A DNA stretch of 64,000 nucleotides from an uncultured Spirochaetota bacterium (GCA_963827275.1 CAWHAA010000007.1:64001-128000); one strand, 5' to 3'; numbered from the stretch's first letter, positions 28,323 to 39,375 are shown. The notes: a model not told the origin generated them from the letters alone. A program made the numbers and translations.

Positions 28323-31300
28323 ATGACTGAGAGCCCCGTAAAGAAGACGAAAATACTGGTCGTTGAGGACGAAGCTGTCATCTGCATGCACATACGGAAC
28401 AGCCTGGAGCGCCTCGGGTACGAGGTGTGCGGCTGCGTGGCCTCGGCGAGCGAAGCGATGCAGGCCGCCGCGGAGACCCGTCCGGACCTCATCCTCATGG
28501 ATATCGTGCTGCAGGGCGACATGGACGGTATCGAGGCGGCGCAGATTATCCGGGAGAGGTTCGGCATCCCCATCGTATACATGACCGGCAACGCTGATAT
28601 TCCCACCATCACGCGGGCCCGCGGGACAGACCCCTACGGGTATATCCTCAAGCCGATCGATGTCCTGCACATGTTCTCGACCATTGACACCATCATGCAC
28701 CGGCGCGACCTGGAGCTGCGGCTTGCCGAGAACGAGGAGATGTTCAGGGCCATATCGGAAAACATCCTGGAAGGGATTGCGCTCACCGTCGGCTATAAGA
28801 ACATCTGGGTCAACGAGACCTTCGCGGATATTTTCGGTTATGCCAAGGAAGAGATGGTCGGCCACGGCCCGGAGCTGGTCATCCATCCGGATGAATTGCC
28901 GATGCTCATGCAGAGGGCGAAGAAGCTCCTGGAAGGCGCTCCTCCCGTGCCCAACCGCGTGAGGGGGGTGCGCAAGGACGGCACGGAATTACATGTGGAA
29001 GTGCTGAGCCGCCTGGTCCGGTTTAAGGAATCGACCGCCATACTGGTGATCATACGTGATGTAACGGTGAGCGTTAAAATTGAGAATGCCCTCATGGAGA
29101 GCGAGGAAAAATACCGGAGCCTGGTTGAAAATTTAAACGAAATAATAATCTCGATCGATGAAAAGGGGATTATCACGTTTGTTTCCCACAGCACCGAAGC
29201 CCATTCGGGTTATACGCAGCAAGAGATGGTGGGCCGCCCGTTCCTTGATTTTATTTTTCCCGATGACGCGGCGTCCATCCTCGGGAATTTCATGAAACGC
29301 CGGCAGGGGTTGACGGGGGCCACCGAATGCCGTGCCGTAGCAAAATCAGGAAACCCCTTCTGGGTGCGCATCTCCGGTACGCCCATTATGAGGGACGGTG
29401 TTTTCAAAGGCGTGCGGGGATTGCTTTCGAATATTGACGAAAGAAAGCGCGCCGAGGAGGCCCTTAGAGAGAGCGAAGAGAAATTCAGGGGCCTTGTCCA
29501 GAACCTCTTGGATGTTATCATCATAATGGACTCCAGGGGGGTGATCGTATTCGAGAACCCGGCAACGAAAGAGGTGCTTGGCCATTCGCTGATGGGGAAG
29601 ACGGGCTTTGACATCGTGCATCCCGAAGACCTGAAAACGGCCGCGGCCGCGTTTTCCGAAGTAATTAATGAAACCAACAGGCATGTACCGACGCTCTTCA
29701 GGGTGCGCCATGCTGACGGATCGTGGCTCTACTTTGAGGCGCTCGGGTCGAACCTGATGGACAACAAGATCGTCCCGGGGATACTGCTCGTATGCCGCGA
29801 TATCACGGAACGTATGAAGACGCAGGTTGCCCTCCAGGAGAGCGAGGAGCGGTACCGGGCCCTTTTTGACCAGTCGCCGGTGGGGGTATTTCTCTTTGAC
29901 AAAGACCTGGTCATTACGGAATGCAATGATTATTTCGCCGGGATGATGCAGACCCCCGGGGACATGATTATCGGATTTAATTCGGCGACACAAAGAGAAA
30001 CAGAAGTGGTCGAGAAGATGTGTGAGACCATTAATGGCAATCCGTCATCCTGGGAAGGCTGGTATCACGCACCGAACAGCGAGCTGACCTTTTATCATTC
30101 CGTGAATTACAGCCCGCTGCGCGATGTCGCGGGGAACGTCGTCGGCGGGATCGCGGTCGTCAGCGACCTCTCCGCGCGGAAACGGGCGGAAAAGGCCCTG
30201 CAGGAGAGCGAGGAGCGGTACCGGGCCCTCTTTGACCAGTCGCCGCTGGGGATCCTCCATTTTGACAGGGACATGATCATCACGGAATGCAATAAAAGGC
30301 TCCCGGAGATCATGCATTCGACCCGGCAGAAACTCATTGGCCTCGATCTCCACCTGCTGAAGGGAAGGGACGCGGTGGAAAAAATCGGGCAGACGCTTGC
30401 GGGGAATGTCGCCTCATATGAAGGACCGTATCATCCGATAACCAGCGATACGGTGATAATGATGTCAATGAATTCCAGCCCGCTGCGGGACGAAGGGGGC
30501 GCGGTCATCGGGGGGATGATCGTAATCGAAGATATAACGGACCGCAAGATTGCCGAGGAGCAGTTGAAGCTGTCAGAGGAACGAAACCGCCTGCTGATTG
30601 AACACGCCAATGAGGGGATCGTGGTGGTCCAGGACTGGCGTTTCATCTTCGTAAACCCCCGGTTCATTGCCCTCATGGGCTATACGGCGGAAGAGCTTGC
30701 CGCGCGCCGTTTCACCGACTATGTGTATCCCGACGACCGCGAGATGATCGCGGGCCGGTACGCCAAGCGCCTCGGGGGGGACGCTTCGCTGTACTCCTAC
30801 GAGGTGCGCTTTCTCGACCGGGACGGGGCCATCAGGTGGACCGAGGTGAATTCCGTCATGCTGCTCTGGGAAAAGAAGACGTCGGTGCTTCTGTTTATCA
30901 GGGACATAAGCGAGCGGAAGCGCGCCGAGGAAGACCGCGTGAAGATGGACGCGCAGATACAGCAGACCCAGAAACTTGAAAGCCTTGGCGTGCTGGCGGG
31001 CGGGATCGCGCATGATTTCAACAACCTCCTGATGGCGATACTCGGGAACATCGACCTGGCGCTCATGGACATGACGCCGTCGCTTCCCGCGCGGGGCAAC
31101 CTGCTTGAGGCCGCCAAGGCCTCGCAGCGGGCGGCAGACCTCTGCCGGCAGATGCTCGCCTATTCGGGCCGCGGGCGCTTCACGAGCGAGGCGATCGACC
31201 TGAACGAGATTATCGAGGACATGGCCCACATGCTGGAGGTCTCTATCTCGAAAAAGGCCGTGCTGCGGTATAATTTCGCTTCCGGGATTCCCGCCATAGA

Positions 31301-32096
31301 GGCCGATGTCACCCAGGTGCGGCAGATCATCATGAACCTTGTCATCAACGCGTCTGACGCGATCGGCCAGAAGAGCGGCGTCATCTCGATATCGACGGGG
31401 GTCATGACCTGCGACCGTTCGTATCTTGCCGATACATGGCTGGATGAGAACCAGCCGGAGGGCATGTACGTATATGCCGAGGTCGCCGATACCGGGTGCG
31501 GTATAGAAAACGGCAATCTTCCGAAAATATTCGACCCGTTTTATACCACGAAGTTCACGGGGCGCGGGCTCGGCCTAGCCGCGGTGCTGGGCATCGTGCG
31601 CGGACACCGCGGCGCCATCAAGGTCTACAGCGAAAAGGGCCGCGGCACGACCTTCAAGGTGCTTTTTCCGGTCGCCGACAGAGACGCCGAGCGTATCCTG
31701 TCGAAACGGGAGGCCGGTGATGACTGGAAAGGCGGCGGGACCCTGCTCCTTGTTGATGACGAGGAGACGATCCGCGTTCTGGGAAGGCGGATGCTGGAGC
31801 ATTTCGGCTTTACGGTATTGACCGCGGGGAACGGGCGCGAGGCCATTGATCTTTTCAGCGAGAACGCCGATGGGATCCGGTGCGTCATCATGGACCTGAC
31901 CATGCCGCACATGGACGGAGACGAGGCGTTCCGGGAAATACGCCGTATCCGGAAGGACGCGTGCGTCATAATGTCGAGCGGCTACAATGAGCAGGAGATC
32001 AACCAGCGGTTTGCCGGCAAGGGGATCGCGGGCTTCATACAGAAACCGTATCAGATGTCTGAGCTCGCGGCCAAGCTTAAAGAAGTCCTGGGGTGA
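28323..32096 (+). CDS. hybrid histidine kinase REC-6xPAS-HisKA-HATPase-REC
   Basis: N-terminal KILVVEDE receiver, six PAS/PAC units, GGIAHDFNN, NLVINASDA, DTGCG, GRGLGL, C-terminal receiver. Confidence 0.92.
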   Translation: MTESPVKKTKILVVEDEAVICMHIRNSLERLGYEVCGCVASASEAMQAAAETRPDLILMDIVLQGDMDGIEAAQIIRERFGIPIVYMTGNADIPTITRARGTDPYGYILKPIDVLHMFSTIDTIMHRRDLELRLAENEEMFRAISENILEGIALTVGYKNIWVNETFADIFGYAKEEMVGHGPELVIHPDELPMLMQRAKKLLEGAPPVPNRVRGVRKDGTELHVEVLSRLVRFKESTAILVIIRDVTVSVKIENALMESEEKYRSLVENLNEIIISIDEKGIITFVSHSTEAHSGYTQQEMVGRPFLDFIFPDDAASILGNFMKRRQGLTGATECRAVAKSGNPFWVRISGTPIMRDGVFKGVRGLLSNIDERKRAEEALRESEEKFRGLVQNLLDVIIIMDSRGVIVFENPATKEVLGHSLMGKTGFDIVHPEDLKTAAAAFSEVINETNRHVPTLFRVRHADGSWLYFEALGSNLMDNKIVPGILLVCRDITERMKTQVALQESEERYRALFDQSPVGVFLFDKDLVITECNDYFAGMMQTPGDMIIGFNSATQRETEVVEKMCETINGNPSSWEGWYHAPNSELTFYHSVNYSPLRDVAGNVVGGIAVVSDLSARKRAEKALQESEERYRALFDQSPLGILHFDRDMIITECNKRLPEIMHSTRQKLIGLDLHLLKGRDAVEKIGQTLAGNVASYEGPYHPITSDTVIMMSMNSSPLRDEGGAVIGGMIVIEDITDRKIAEEQLKLSEERNRLLIEHANEGIVVVQDWRFIFVNPRFIALMGYTAEELAARRFTDYVYPDDREMIAGRYAKRLGGDASLYSYEVRFLDRDGAIRWTEVNSVMLLWEKKTSVLLFIRDISERKRAEEDRVKMDAQIQQTQKLESLGVLAGGIAHDFNNLLMAILGNIDLALMDMTPSLPARGNLLEAAKASQRAADLCRQMLAYSGRGRFTSEAIDLNEIIEDMAHMLEVSISKKAVLRYNFASGIPAIEADVTQVRQIIMNLVINASDAIGQKSGVISISTGVMTCDRSYLADTWLDENQPEGMYVYAEVADTGCGIENGNLPKIFDPFYTTKFTGRGLGLAAVLGIVRGHRGAIKVYSEKGRGTTFKVLFPVADRDAERILSKREAGDDWKGGGTLLLVDDEETIRVLGRRMLEHFGFTVLTAGNGREAIDLFSENADGIRCVIMDLTMPHMDGDEAFREIRRIRKDACVIMSSGYNEQEINQRFAGKGIAGFIQKPYQMSELAAKLKEVLG

Positions 32097-32104
32097 GGGG
32101 GCGT

Positions 32105-32599
32105 ATGCCTGACATGATATACTGTCCCTGGTGCGGGAAAAAGCTCGCCATAAAAAAAATCGAGGGAAGGGACCATGCCGCCTGCGGTGATGGCTCCTGC
32201 GGCTACGTGTTCTGGGACAACCCGCTCCCGGTCGTCGCCGCCATTGTCGAGCATGAAGGATCGGTGGTGCTGGCCAGGGGCAGGGGCTGGCCGGAGAATA
32301 TTTTCGGGCTCATCACCGGCTTCCTTGAGAAAGGAGAGTCCCCGGCGGACGCCGTCAGGCGTGAAGTCAGGGAGGAGCTCGGTCTGGACTCCGCCATAGT
32401 AGGCTTCGTCGGGATGTATCCATTCTTTCAGAAAAACCAGTTGCTCCTCGTGTACCACCTCGCCGCTGAAGGAGAAATCGTGCTAAATGACGAGCTTGCC
32501 GAGGTGAAGCATGTCCCCCGCGAAAAGCTGCGCTCCTGGCCCTTCGGGACAGGACCGGCGGTGAAGGACTGGCTGGACAGGGAAAGATCCGGGGAGTGA
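32105..32599 (+). CDS. NUDIX hydrolase with zinc ribbon (NudC-like C-terminal half)
   Basis: YCPWCG...C.....C, GFLEKGESPADAVRREVREELG Nudix box. Confidence 0.88.
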   Translation: MPDMIYCPWCGKKLAIKKIEGRDHAACGDGSCGYVFWDNPLPVVAAIVEHEGSVVLARGRGWPENIFGLITGFLEKGESPADAVRREVREELGLDSAIVGFVGMYPFFQKNQLLLVYHLAAEGEIVLNDELAEVKHVPREKLRSWPFGTGPAVKDWLDRERSGE

Positions 32600-32619
32600 T
32601 GCTCCCCTGAAAAGAGGGC

Positions 32620-33057
32620 TTATTCGAGGGCGAGCCTTGACAGGTCGGCCGGTACCAGGTATTCCCTGACGCTCAGTACGTCACCGATCCATTCGGCGAT
32701 CTCCCCGCTTGCCAGGTTTTCGAGGATATCGGGTATGATGCGGTCCCGGGCAAAATCGTTGCCCGCGGCGCCGTCCGAGAGGATGGCGGTGTACCTCCTT
32801 GTCAGGTATGATTTCGATTGTGCGTCTTCCTCGCTCTCCCATGCGCGGCTGTTCCTGAGCCCCTGCCCATTGATCCATTCCACCGAGCCATGGTCATTCG
32901 AGGAAAAGAATATCTTTGATATGACCCCCTTCGCATCGAGGTAGATGACCATGGCCTTATCGACATAGTCTTTCTTTAAAAAAGATGCGAAGGATATCTT
33001 GGTGCCCGGACCGTCCCTGTCAACTTTCAGGAATTTAATTTTTGTAGTATCGTCCAT
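32620..33057 (-). CDS. hypothetical protein
   Basis: Clean ORF with plausible composition; no family recognised. Confidence 0.6.
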   Translation of the reverse strand: MDDTTKIKFLKVDRDGPGTKISFASFLKKDYVDKAMVIYLDAKGVISKIFFSSNDHGSVEWINGQGLRNSRAWESEEDAQSKSYLTRRYTAILSDGAAGNDFARDRIIPDILENLASGEIAEWIGDVLSVREYLVPADLSRLALE

Positions 33058-33391
33058 GGCTCCGCCCGCACTGGCGTATAACAATCATGCGTGATGAAAT
33101 CGTTTCGTTAAGAATTCTTATCCTGCCACATTCATAACCACCGGTCAAGAAATAATCGAACACAGGGGAATTTTTCAAGCGGCCGTCTGAGAGACGGGGC
33201 CCGCGGCCCTGTGCCGCTGCCGCGGCGACCGCCCCGTGAGGGATTGATGCCTCATGCGACATAACCTCAATAAAAGTATTAATGCGATCTGCCGGCGCGG
33301 GTCGATTTTATAACCGGGGCCATGACAGGCCGCATCAGGCGCTGCTACTAAATCATTGCGCGGAATAGCGCGTTCCGCCCGGGGTCGGTGT

Positions 33392-35317
33392 ATGATTCAT
33401 GATAATCGCTATGTCTCGCTGCAAGAAACCGCTTCCATCCTCGCGGTATCCCCGGCCACGGTGAGAAACTGGATCAGGCACGAATATCTCCGTCCCGAGC
33501 GCGGCGCGTCGGGGATGCTGTTCCGCGACCGTGACGTGAGGACCCTGCAGAAAAAGATCATCAGCGGCGCGGTCCCCCGCCTTGCACGCCGGGCGAACAA
33601 ATCGACGGCGCGCCGCTCATTCATACCGGAAGAATATCTCGGCGGCGCGGCCGCCCGCGGGGAGATTGAGGAAGCGGTCGCGTATATCGCCGGCACGGGC
33701 CTCGACACCGGGCGGGCGATGTTCGTCATGGCGCTCGGCATGCTGTCGGCAGCGGGGATGTTCGGCGGGCGCGACGCGGTCAGCCTCCTCGAACAGGGAT
33801 TTCCCCTCAAGGGCAGGGAGAGCCTGGCGCGCGAGCTCAGGTCATGGCGGGCGGAACTGGGGGATTTCCCCGTTACGGGCGAGTACCGGCGCCTTCTCGC
33901 GTTTACGCTGCCTTGCCGGCGGGATGCCCTCGGCCCTGTGTATCAGTCCCTGCTGCGCGAAGGAGAAAAGGCCGCGGGCGGCTCCTATTATACCCCCGGC
34001 CATATCGTTGACGATATAGCCGCTGCGGCGCCTGCGGGGGGGCGGGTCCTCGATCCCTGCTGCGGGACGGGGCAGTTCCTGCTCGCGTTCGCGGAGAGGG
34101 CCGGCGACCCGCGCATCCTTGCGGGATGCGATATCGACGGGCTTGCCGTCCGCATCGCGCGCATAAACCTCATGGCGGCCTTCCCCGGCATCGATTTCGA
34201 GCCGCAGGTGTACCGGGGCGATTTCCTTCTCGATGGCCTGCCGGAGCGGGCCGCCCGCTGCGGGTTTTCCATGGTCGCCACGAATCCTCCCTGGGGGCTG
34301 CATTACTCGCGCGCTGACCTGGAACGGCTGAAGGCGCTCCATCCGGAGATCGCTTCCTGCGAATCATTCTCGTTCGTGCTGAAACGAAGCATCGATCTCG
34401 TCGGTGACGGCGGTGCGCTTTCATTCATCCTGCCCGAATCGATACTCACGGTGAAGTCCCACCGTGATATCAGGCGTTATATCCTTGACCGCGCGCGGAT
34501 CAGGCGGATCGTGCGCCTGGGGCGCGTGTTCACGAACGTGTTCACCCCGGCCATACGACTTGACCTGGTAAAGGGTCCGGGGCCCGCCGCCTTTGCCTGT
34601 GTTTCCCGCGGGAGGGCGCGGACGGTCAACCAGGACCGCTTCAGGAAGAATAACGGGTGCGTCTTCGATATCGCCATCGCCGGGCCGGACGCCCGCGTGA
34701 TGGACAGGGTGTACGGCCATGAACACGTGACCCTCGCCGGCAGGGCCGACTGGGCGCTGGGGATCGTGACCGGCGATAACGGCAGGTTCCTCCTTCCCCG
34801 CGACGCTGGGGAGGGGTGCGAGCCGGTATACCGGGGAAGGGACGTCGGTCATTATTTTTTCGGCGAGCCGGAATGCTATATCCGGTTTTCTCCGGGCCGG
34901 TTCCAGCAGTCGGCGCCGGAACGCAAATACCGGTCGCCCGAAAAGCTTGTGTACCGCTTCATATCGAAACGTCTCGTCGTGGCGTACGATGACCGCGGCA
35001 GCCTGACCCTCAACAGCGCGAACATACTGGTACCCCGCGGCGATGAGTATCCCGTCAAGGCGGTGCTTGCGCTCTTCAACTCGGCCCTGTACCAGTACCT
35101 CTTTCAGAAAAAATTTTCGTCGATCAAGGTGCTCCGGGGCCATCTGGAGCAGCTTCCCCTGCCGGTCTGGACCGGGTCCGTGATGAAGGACCTGGTGTCC
35201 CTGGCTGACGGGGTCCTCGCCGGGCGGATCGCCCGCGAAGAGGTTGATGAATTTGTAATGGCCCATTTCGGGCTGACGGCCACGGAGCGGACGCATATTG
35301 TGAAGTCGATTATCTGA
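33392..35317 (+). CDS. N6-adenine (amino) DNA methyltransferase, gamma class, with N-terminal HTH and TaqI-like C-terminal specificity domain
   Basis: ETASILAVSPATVRNWIR HTH; GSYYTP; LDPCCGTGQFL (motif I); TNPPW (motif IV); FILPESIL; LGIVTGDN, EKLVYRFI, LFNSALYQY, LEQLPLP. Confidence 0.88.
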   Translation: MIHDNRYVSLQETASILAVSPATVRNWIRHEYLRPERGASGMLFRDRDVRTLQKKIISGAVPRLARRANKSTARRSFIPEEYLGGAAARGEIEEAVAYIAGTGLDTGRAMFVMALGMLSAAGMFGGRDAVSLLEQGFPLKGRESLARELRSWRAELGDFPVTGEYRRLLAFTLPCRRDALGPVYQSLLREGEKAAGGSYYTPGHIVDDIAAAAPAGGRVLDPCCGTGQFLLAFAERAGDPRILAGCDIDGLAVRIARINLMAAFPGIDFEPQVYRGDFLLDGLPERAARCGFSMVATNPPWGLHYSRADLERLKALHPEIASCESFSFVLKRSIDLVGDGGALSFILPESILTVKSHRDIRRYILDRARIRRIVRLGRVFTNVFTPAIRLDLVKGPGPAAFACVSRGRARTVNQDRFRKNNGCVFDIAIAGPDARVMDRVYGHEHVTLAGRADWALGIVTGDNGRFLLPRDAGEGCEPVYRGRDVGHYFFGEPECYIRFSPGRFQQSAPERKYRSPEKLVYRFISKRLVVAYDDRGSLTLNSANILVPRGDEYPVKAVLALFNSALYQYLFQKKFSSIKVLRGHLEQLPLPVWTGSVMKDLVSLADGVLAGRIAREEVDEFVMAHFGLTATERTHIVKSII

Positions 35318-35383
35318 CAGAATTTCCAATGGATCATATTATACATTGTCGCGAATTATTTTATTTGACTTTTTATCGTCTGG

Positions 35384-38300
35384 GTGATACTGCGTGGGTA
35401 TCCGGATTCGGCCGGCACTATACCGCTATTTTACGTTGCCAGTGATATTTCATATCAGGGATGGATCTTGTCTGGAATAATCCAACATGGAAGGCTGCAC
35501 GTACGGTCCTTAATTATTGCCATTATAGCACTGATGGTTTTCGGCATACTGCTTTTCGTGTGGGACCGCGCGCAGGGCGAAATAACCGCTGATGGAGCGG
35601 CAGATCAATCCGGCGGCCGCATCGTTGTGATTGACGGGGCCCTTGCCGAAAAGCAGCTCGGTACCGCCCTGGATTATGTCGAGGACCCCGCAGGGATACT
35701 GCATCTCGAAGATGTAACATCGGTCAAGGCCACGGGATTCAAAAGATCGACTGACAGGGTGCTCAACTTCGGCCTGACGTCATCCGCCTACTGGGTCCGC
35801 TTCACGCTTCGCAATCCCTCCACGGCGCCTCTCTCCTTTTGCCTGGCGGTTGAATATCCACTGATGGACAATATACGCCTCTATGTCCCCGAGGGAGCGA
35901 AGGGATACAGGGCCATCATGAGCGGCGATACCCTGCCTTACCGAAACCGTGAATTCCAGCACAGGAATTTCGTTTTTCCGCTCCAGCAGGGGCCCGGCGA
36001 CCGGACCTACTACATGAGGTTCAGCACCACCTCCGCGATGACCATCCCGATCGCCGTATTCTCCCTCGAACGTTTATACAGGAAGACGGGGATAGAGAAC
36101 GGGGTCTATGGCGTGTATTATGGCATGCTGATCGTCATGCTGCTGTATAACCTCTTCATCCTGGCGATGGTCAGGGGGAGGGACTACCTGTTCTATGTGC
36201 TGTATGTCGCGGGGGCTCTCCTGGCATCCCTCGTGATTGACGGGTTCGGCGCCAGCCATTTATGGCCGGCCGAGCCGCGGTTTTCGATCAGCAGCTTCTA
36301 TAATTTCCTGGTCAATATACTCTACCTGTTTCTCACCAGGGAATTGCTGAATACGAAGCTCAATACGCCGCGCCTGGATAAAATAGCCCTGGCGAACATT
36401 GCCTTTGGCGCAGGCGGGATGCTCGTAAACCTCTACCTGATGAACAGCCTGGTGATGAGCGTCCTCTCACTTGTATGTACGGCCATTACCATCGGTACCG
36501 CGATTTCGATAGTTGCCGTGACCCTGCACGGCGGCGTGCGCCTGGCCCGTTTTTACCTGGCCGCACTGTCGCTCATCCTGGTGGGGGCGGCGATATATGC
36601 CCTGAGGGTCACCGATATCCTCCCCGTGAACCTGCTGACCATGTGGTCCATGAAAATAGCGATACTTGCCATGGTCCTGGTATTCTCCTTCGCGCTGGCC
36701 GATAAGATCAATACCATGAGGAAGCGGCTCGAGGTGCTGAATGCCAACCTGGAGCGGGAAGTCGTGGACCATATCCATGACAAGGAGGCGCTCAAGCGGA
36801 GCGAGGAGCGCTTCCGCGGCGTTGTTGAGCGGAATTTTGACGTCATATTCATGATGGACACCGCGGGCCATTTTTCCTACGTGTCGCCATCGATCACCGC
36901 CATGACGGGCTACCGCGTGGATGAATTCATCAACAGCTCGATGAGGGGGTTCCAGCCGTCGGACATGTTTGATTTCAGCCGGCTGCTGTTCGGAGATCTT
37001 TTAAAGGGCAAGGAGATCATCGGATACGAAACGGTGATTATAAGGAAAAACGGCACGAGGATCCATATCGAGGTGAACCTGTCCCCCATCATGAAGGGCG
37101 AAACGGTCACCGGCGTCCAGGGCATCGCGCGCGACATCACCGAGCGCAAGATGGCGGAAGAGGCCCTCATGGAGGAGAAGGAGCGTCTCTCGATCACCCT
37201 GCGTTCCATCGCGGAGGGCGTCATCGCGACGGACATAAAATGGCGGATCCATATCATGAACAAGGCGGCTGAAGAGCTGACCGCCTGGCGCCAGGACCAG
37301 GTGCTGGGCAGGACGCTCGACGACGTTCTCCTTCTTGTTGACCGGAAAACCGGCGCCAGGAAGGAGTTTACCGATGCCATGACGCCCCCCGAGGGGCAGG
37401 AGGATTATCGGTCGAACACGGTCCTGGTGCGCCGGGACAAGTCGGAGCGGATCGTCTCGGACCGGCTGGCACCCATCAACGACCGTTCCGGCAAGGTCAT
37501 AGGGTATGTCGTTGTCATCAGGGACATTACCGAGGAGGTAAAGTTCCGCGGCGAGCTCCAGAAGATGGAAAAACTCGAATCGATCGGCATCCTCGCGGGC
37601 GGCATCGCCCACGACTTCAACAACATCCTGACCGCGATCATGGGCAACATCAACCTGTCAAAGCTGATCTCCAGGGACCCGCGCCTTCGGGAGATCCTGG
37701 ATGACGCGGAAAAGGCCTCCGTGCGGGCGCAGGAGCTCACCCAGCAGTTTCTTACCTTCAGCAGGGGAGGCGCGCCGGTGCGGCGCATCGCCTCGATAGA
37801 AGAGATCATAAGGGACTCGTCGCGCTTTACGCTGCGCGGCTCAAATGTCCGGAGCAGCTTCCACTTCCAGGACGGGCTGCGGCCGGTCAATGTCGACGTG
37901 GGCCAGCTGAGCCAGGTGATGCAGAACCTGGTCATCAATGCCGACCAGGCCATGCCTGACGGGGGCGATATCGTCATCATCGCTGAAAACGTGATCGTCC
38001 CTTCTGAAAGCGTCCTGCCGCTCAAGCCGGGGCAGTATGTAAAGATCAGCGTGACCGATACCGGTATCGGCATCCCGGCTGAAAATCTTTCCAAGATCTT
38101 CGACCCCTACTTCACCACGAAAAGCGACGGCAATGGCCTCGGCCTCACGAGCACCTTCTCGATAATCAAGCGGCATGACGGATATATTTCCGTCGAGTCG
38201 GAGCCGGGCAAGGGAACAACGTTTTACCTCTATCTGCCCTCGTCTGAAAAACAGGAAGTGGCTCCCGAGAAGAAAGAGGAGTCTTCATTCAAGGGGAAGG

Positions 38301-38680
38301 GCCGGGTGCTGTTCATGGATGACGACGAGGCGGTGAACACCACTGCGAGGAAGATGCTGGAGCACCTCGGCTTTGCCGTGGAATGCGCCCTTGACGGGGA
38401 GCAGGCGGTGAAGTTCTACGAGCGGGGGCGAAGGGAAGGGGCCCCCTACGACCTGGTCATACTCGACCTGACGATCCCCGGCGGCATGGGCGGAAAGAAA
38501 ACGATAGAAAAGCTGCTCGCGTGTGACCCGGATGTCAGGGCGATCGTGTCGAGCGGATATTCCAATGACATGATCATGGCCAACTTCAGGGAATATGGCT
38601 TCAAGGGGGTCATCGCGAAGCCGTACCGCATCGATGAACTGGCCCAGGTGATTGAGCAGGTGATGGGAAGCGGATCATGA
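35384..38680 (+). CDS. 7TM-DISM sensor hybrid histidine kinase with 2 PAS and receiver domain (true start probably later)
   Basis: LNFGLTSSAYWVRF (DISMED2), YYGMLIVMLLYNLF 7TM, FSFALAD, GGIAHDFNN, GNGLGL, receiver. Confidence 0.9.
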   Translation: MILRGYPDSAGTIPLFYVASDISYQGWILSGIIQHGRLHVRSLIIAIIALMVFGILLFVWDRAQGEITADGAADQSGGRIVVIDGALAEKQLGTALDYVEDPAGILHLEDVTSVKATGFKRSTDRVLNFGLTSSAYWVRFTLRNPSTAPLSFCLAVEYPLMDNIRLYVPEGAKGYRAIMSGDTLPYRNREFQHRNFVFPLQQGPGDRTYYMRFSTTSAMTIPIAVFSLERLYRKTGIENGVYGVYYGMLIVMLLYNLFILAMVRGRDYLFYVLYVAGALLASLVIDGFGASHLWPAEPRFSISSFYNFLVNILYLFLTRELLNTKLNTPRLDKIALANIAFGAGGMLVNLYLMNSLVMSVLSLVCTAITIGTAISIVAVTLHGGVRLARFYLAALSLILVGAAIYALRVTDILPVNLLTMWSMKIAILAMVLVFSFALADKINTMRKRLEVLNANLEREVVDHIHDKEALKRSEERFRGVVERNFDVIFMMDTAGHFSYVSPSITAMTGYRVDEFINSSMRGFQPSDMFDFSRLLFGDLLKGKEIIGYETVIIRKNGTRIHIEVNLSPIMKGETVTGVQGIARDITERKMAEEALMEEKERLSITLRSIAEGVIATDIKWRIHIMNKAAEELTAWRQDQVLGRTLDDVLLLVDRKTGARKEFTDAMTPPEGQEDYRSNTVLVRRDKSERIVSDRLAPINDRSGKVIGYVVVIRDITEEVKFRGELQKMEKLESIGILAGGIAHDFNNILTAIMGNINLSKLISRDPRLREILDDAEKASVRAQELTQQFLTFSRGGAPVRRIASIEEIIRDSSRFTLRGSNVRSSFHFQDGLRPVNVDVGQLSQVMQNLVINADQAMPDGGDIVIIAENVIVPSESVLPLKPGQYVKISVTDTGIGIPAENLSKIFDPYFTTKSDGNGLGLTSTFSIIKRHDGYISVESEPGKGTTFYLYLPSSEKQEVAPEKKEESSFKGKGRVLFMDDDEAVNTTARKMLEHLGFAVECALDGEQAVKFYERGRREGAPYDLVILDLTIPGGMGGKKTIEKLLACDPDVRAIVSSGYSNDMIMANFREYGFKGVIAKPYRIDELAQVIEQVMGSGS

Positions 38681-39375
38681 CAAAACTTCTGTTCGTGCAC
38701 GGCGCCGGCGGCTCGGGCGCCGTCTGGCATTACCAGCGGGAGCGCTTCGCAGACTGCGACGCGGTGACCCTGCCCGGGCACCCCGACGGCACGCCCGCAT
38801 CCAGTATCGACGAATACCGCGACTGGCTGCACGGATATATATCAGGAAAGCAATACGGGAAGGTCGTGCTCGCCGGGCAGAGCATGGGGGGCGGCATCGC
38901 CCTTTCGTACGCGCTTGCGTACCCGGATGAAGTGGAGGCGCTGGTCCTGATCTCGACCGGCGCGCGGCTCAGGGTGAACCCCGCGTTCCTGGGCCTTCTG
39001 TCGGACAACGCCGGCCGTGATCCCTCCTGGTACCGGGACGTCGCGCTCCCGATGTATGCCGGCGTCGAGCCGGGGGTGCGGGACCGGCTGCTGGACCTGC
39101 AGTGCTCGCTCCCCGTCAGCGTCCATCTGACCGACTTTATCTGCTGCGACCGTTTTGACGTGATGGACCGGGTCGCCGGGATCCATGTCCCCGCGCTCAT
39201 CATAAGCGGCGACGCGGACGTCATGACCCCGCTCAAGTATTCCCGCTACCTGGCGGAGCGCATGCCGGGCTCCCGCCTGGCGGTCATACCCGGCGGGGGC
39301 CACCTCGTATTTCTCCAGAAGCCCGAAGAAGTCAACGGCGAGATCGACCGGTTCGTGCGCGGGCTGCGGGGCTGA
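38677..39375 (+). CDS. alpha/beta fold hydrolase
   Basis: FVHGAGG, GQSMGG, GDADVMTP, GGGHL. Confidence 0.9.
   Translation: MTKLLFVHGAGGSGAVWHYQRERFADCDAVTLPGHPDGTPASSIDEYRDWLHGYISGKQYGKVVLAGQSMGGGIALSYALAYPDEVEALVLISTGARLRVNPAFLGLLSDNAGRDPSWYRDVALPMYAGVEPGVRDRLLDLQCSLPVSVHLTDFICCDRFDVMDRVAGIHVPALIISGDADVMTPLKYSRYLAERMPGSRLAVIPGGGHLVFLQKPEEVNGEIDRFVRGLRG

Noticed and set aside
33160..33390. tRNA or structured ncRNA upstream of the methyltransferase
   Set aside because: GC-rich stems present but no cloverleaf, T-loop or known riboswitch core
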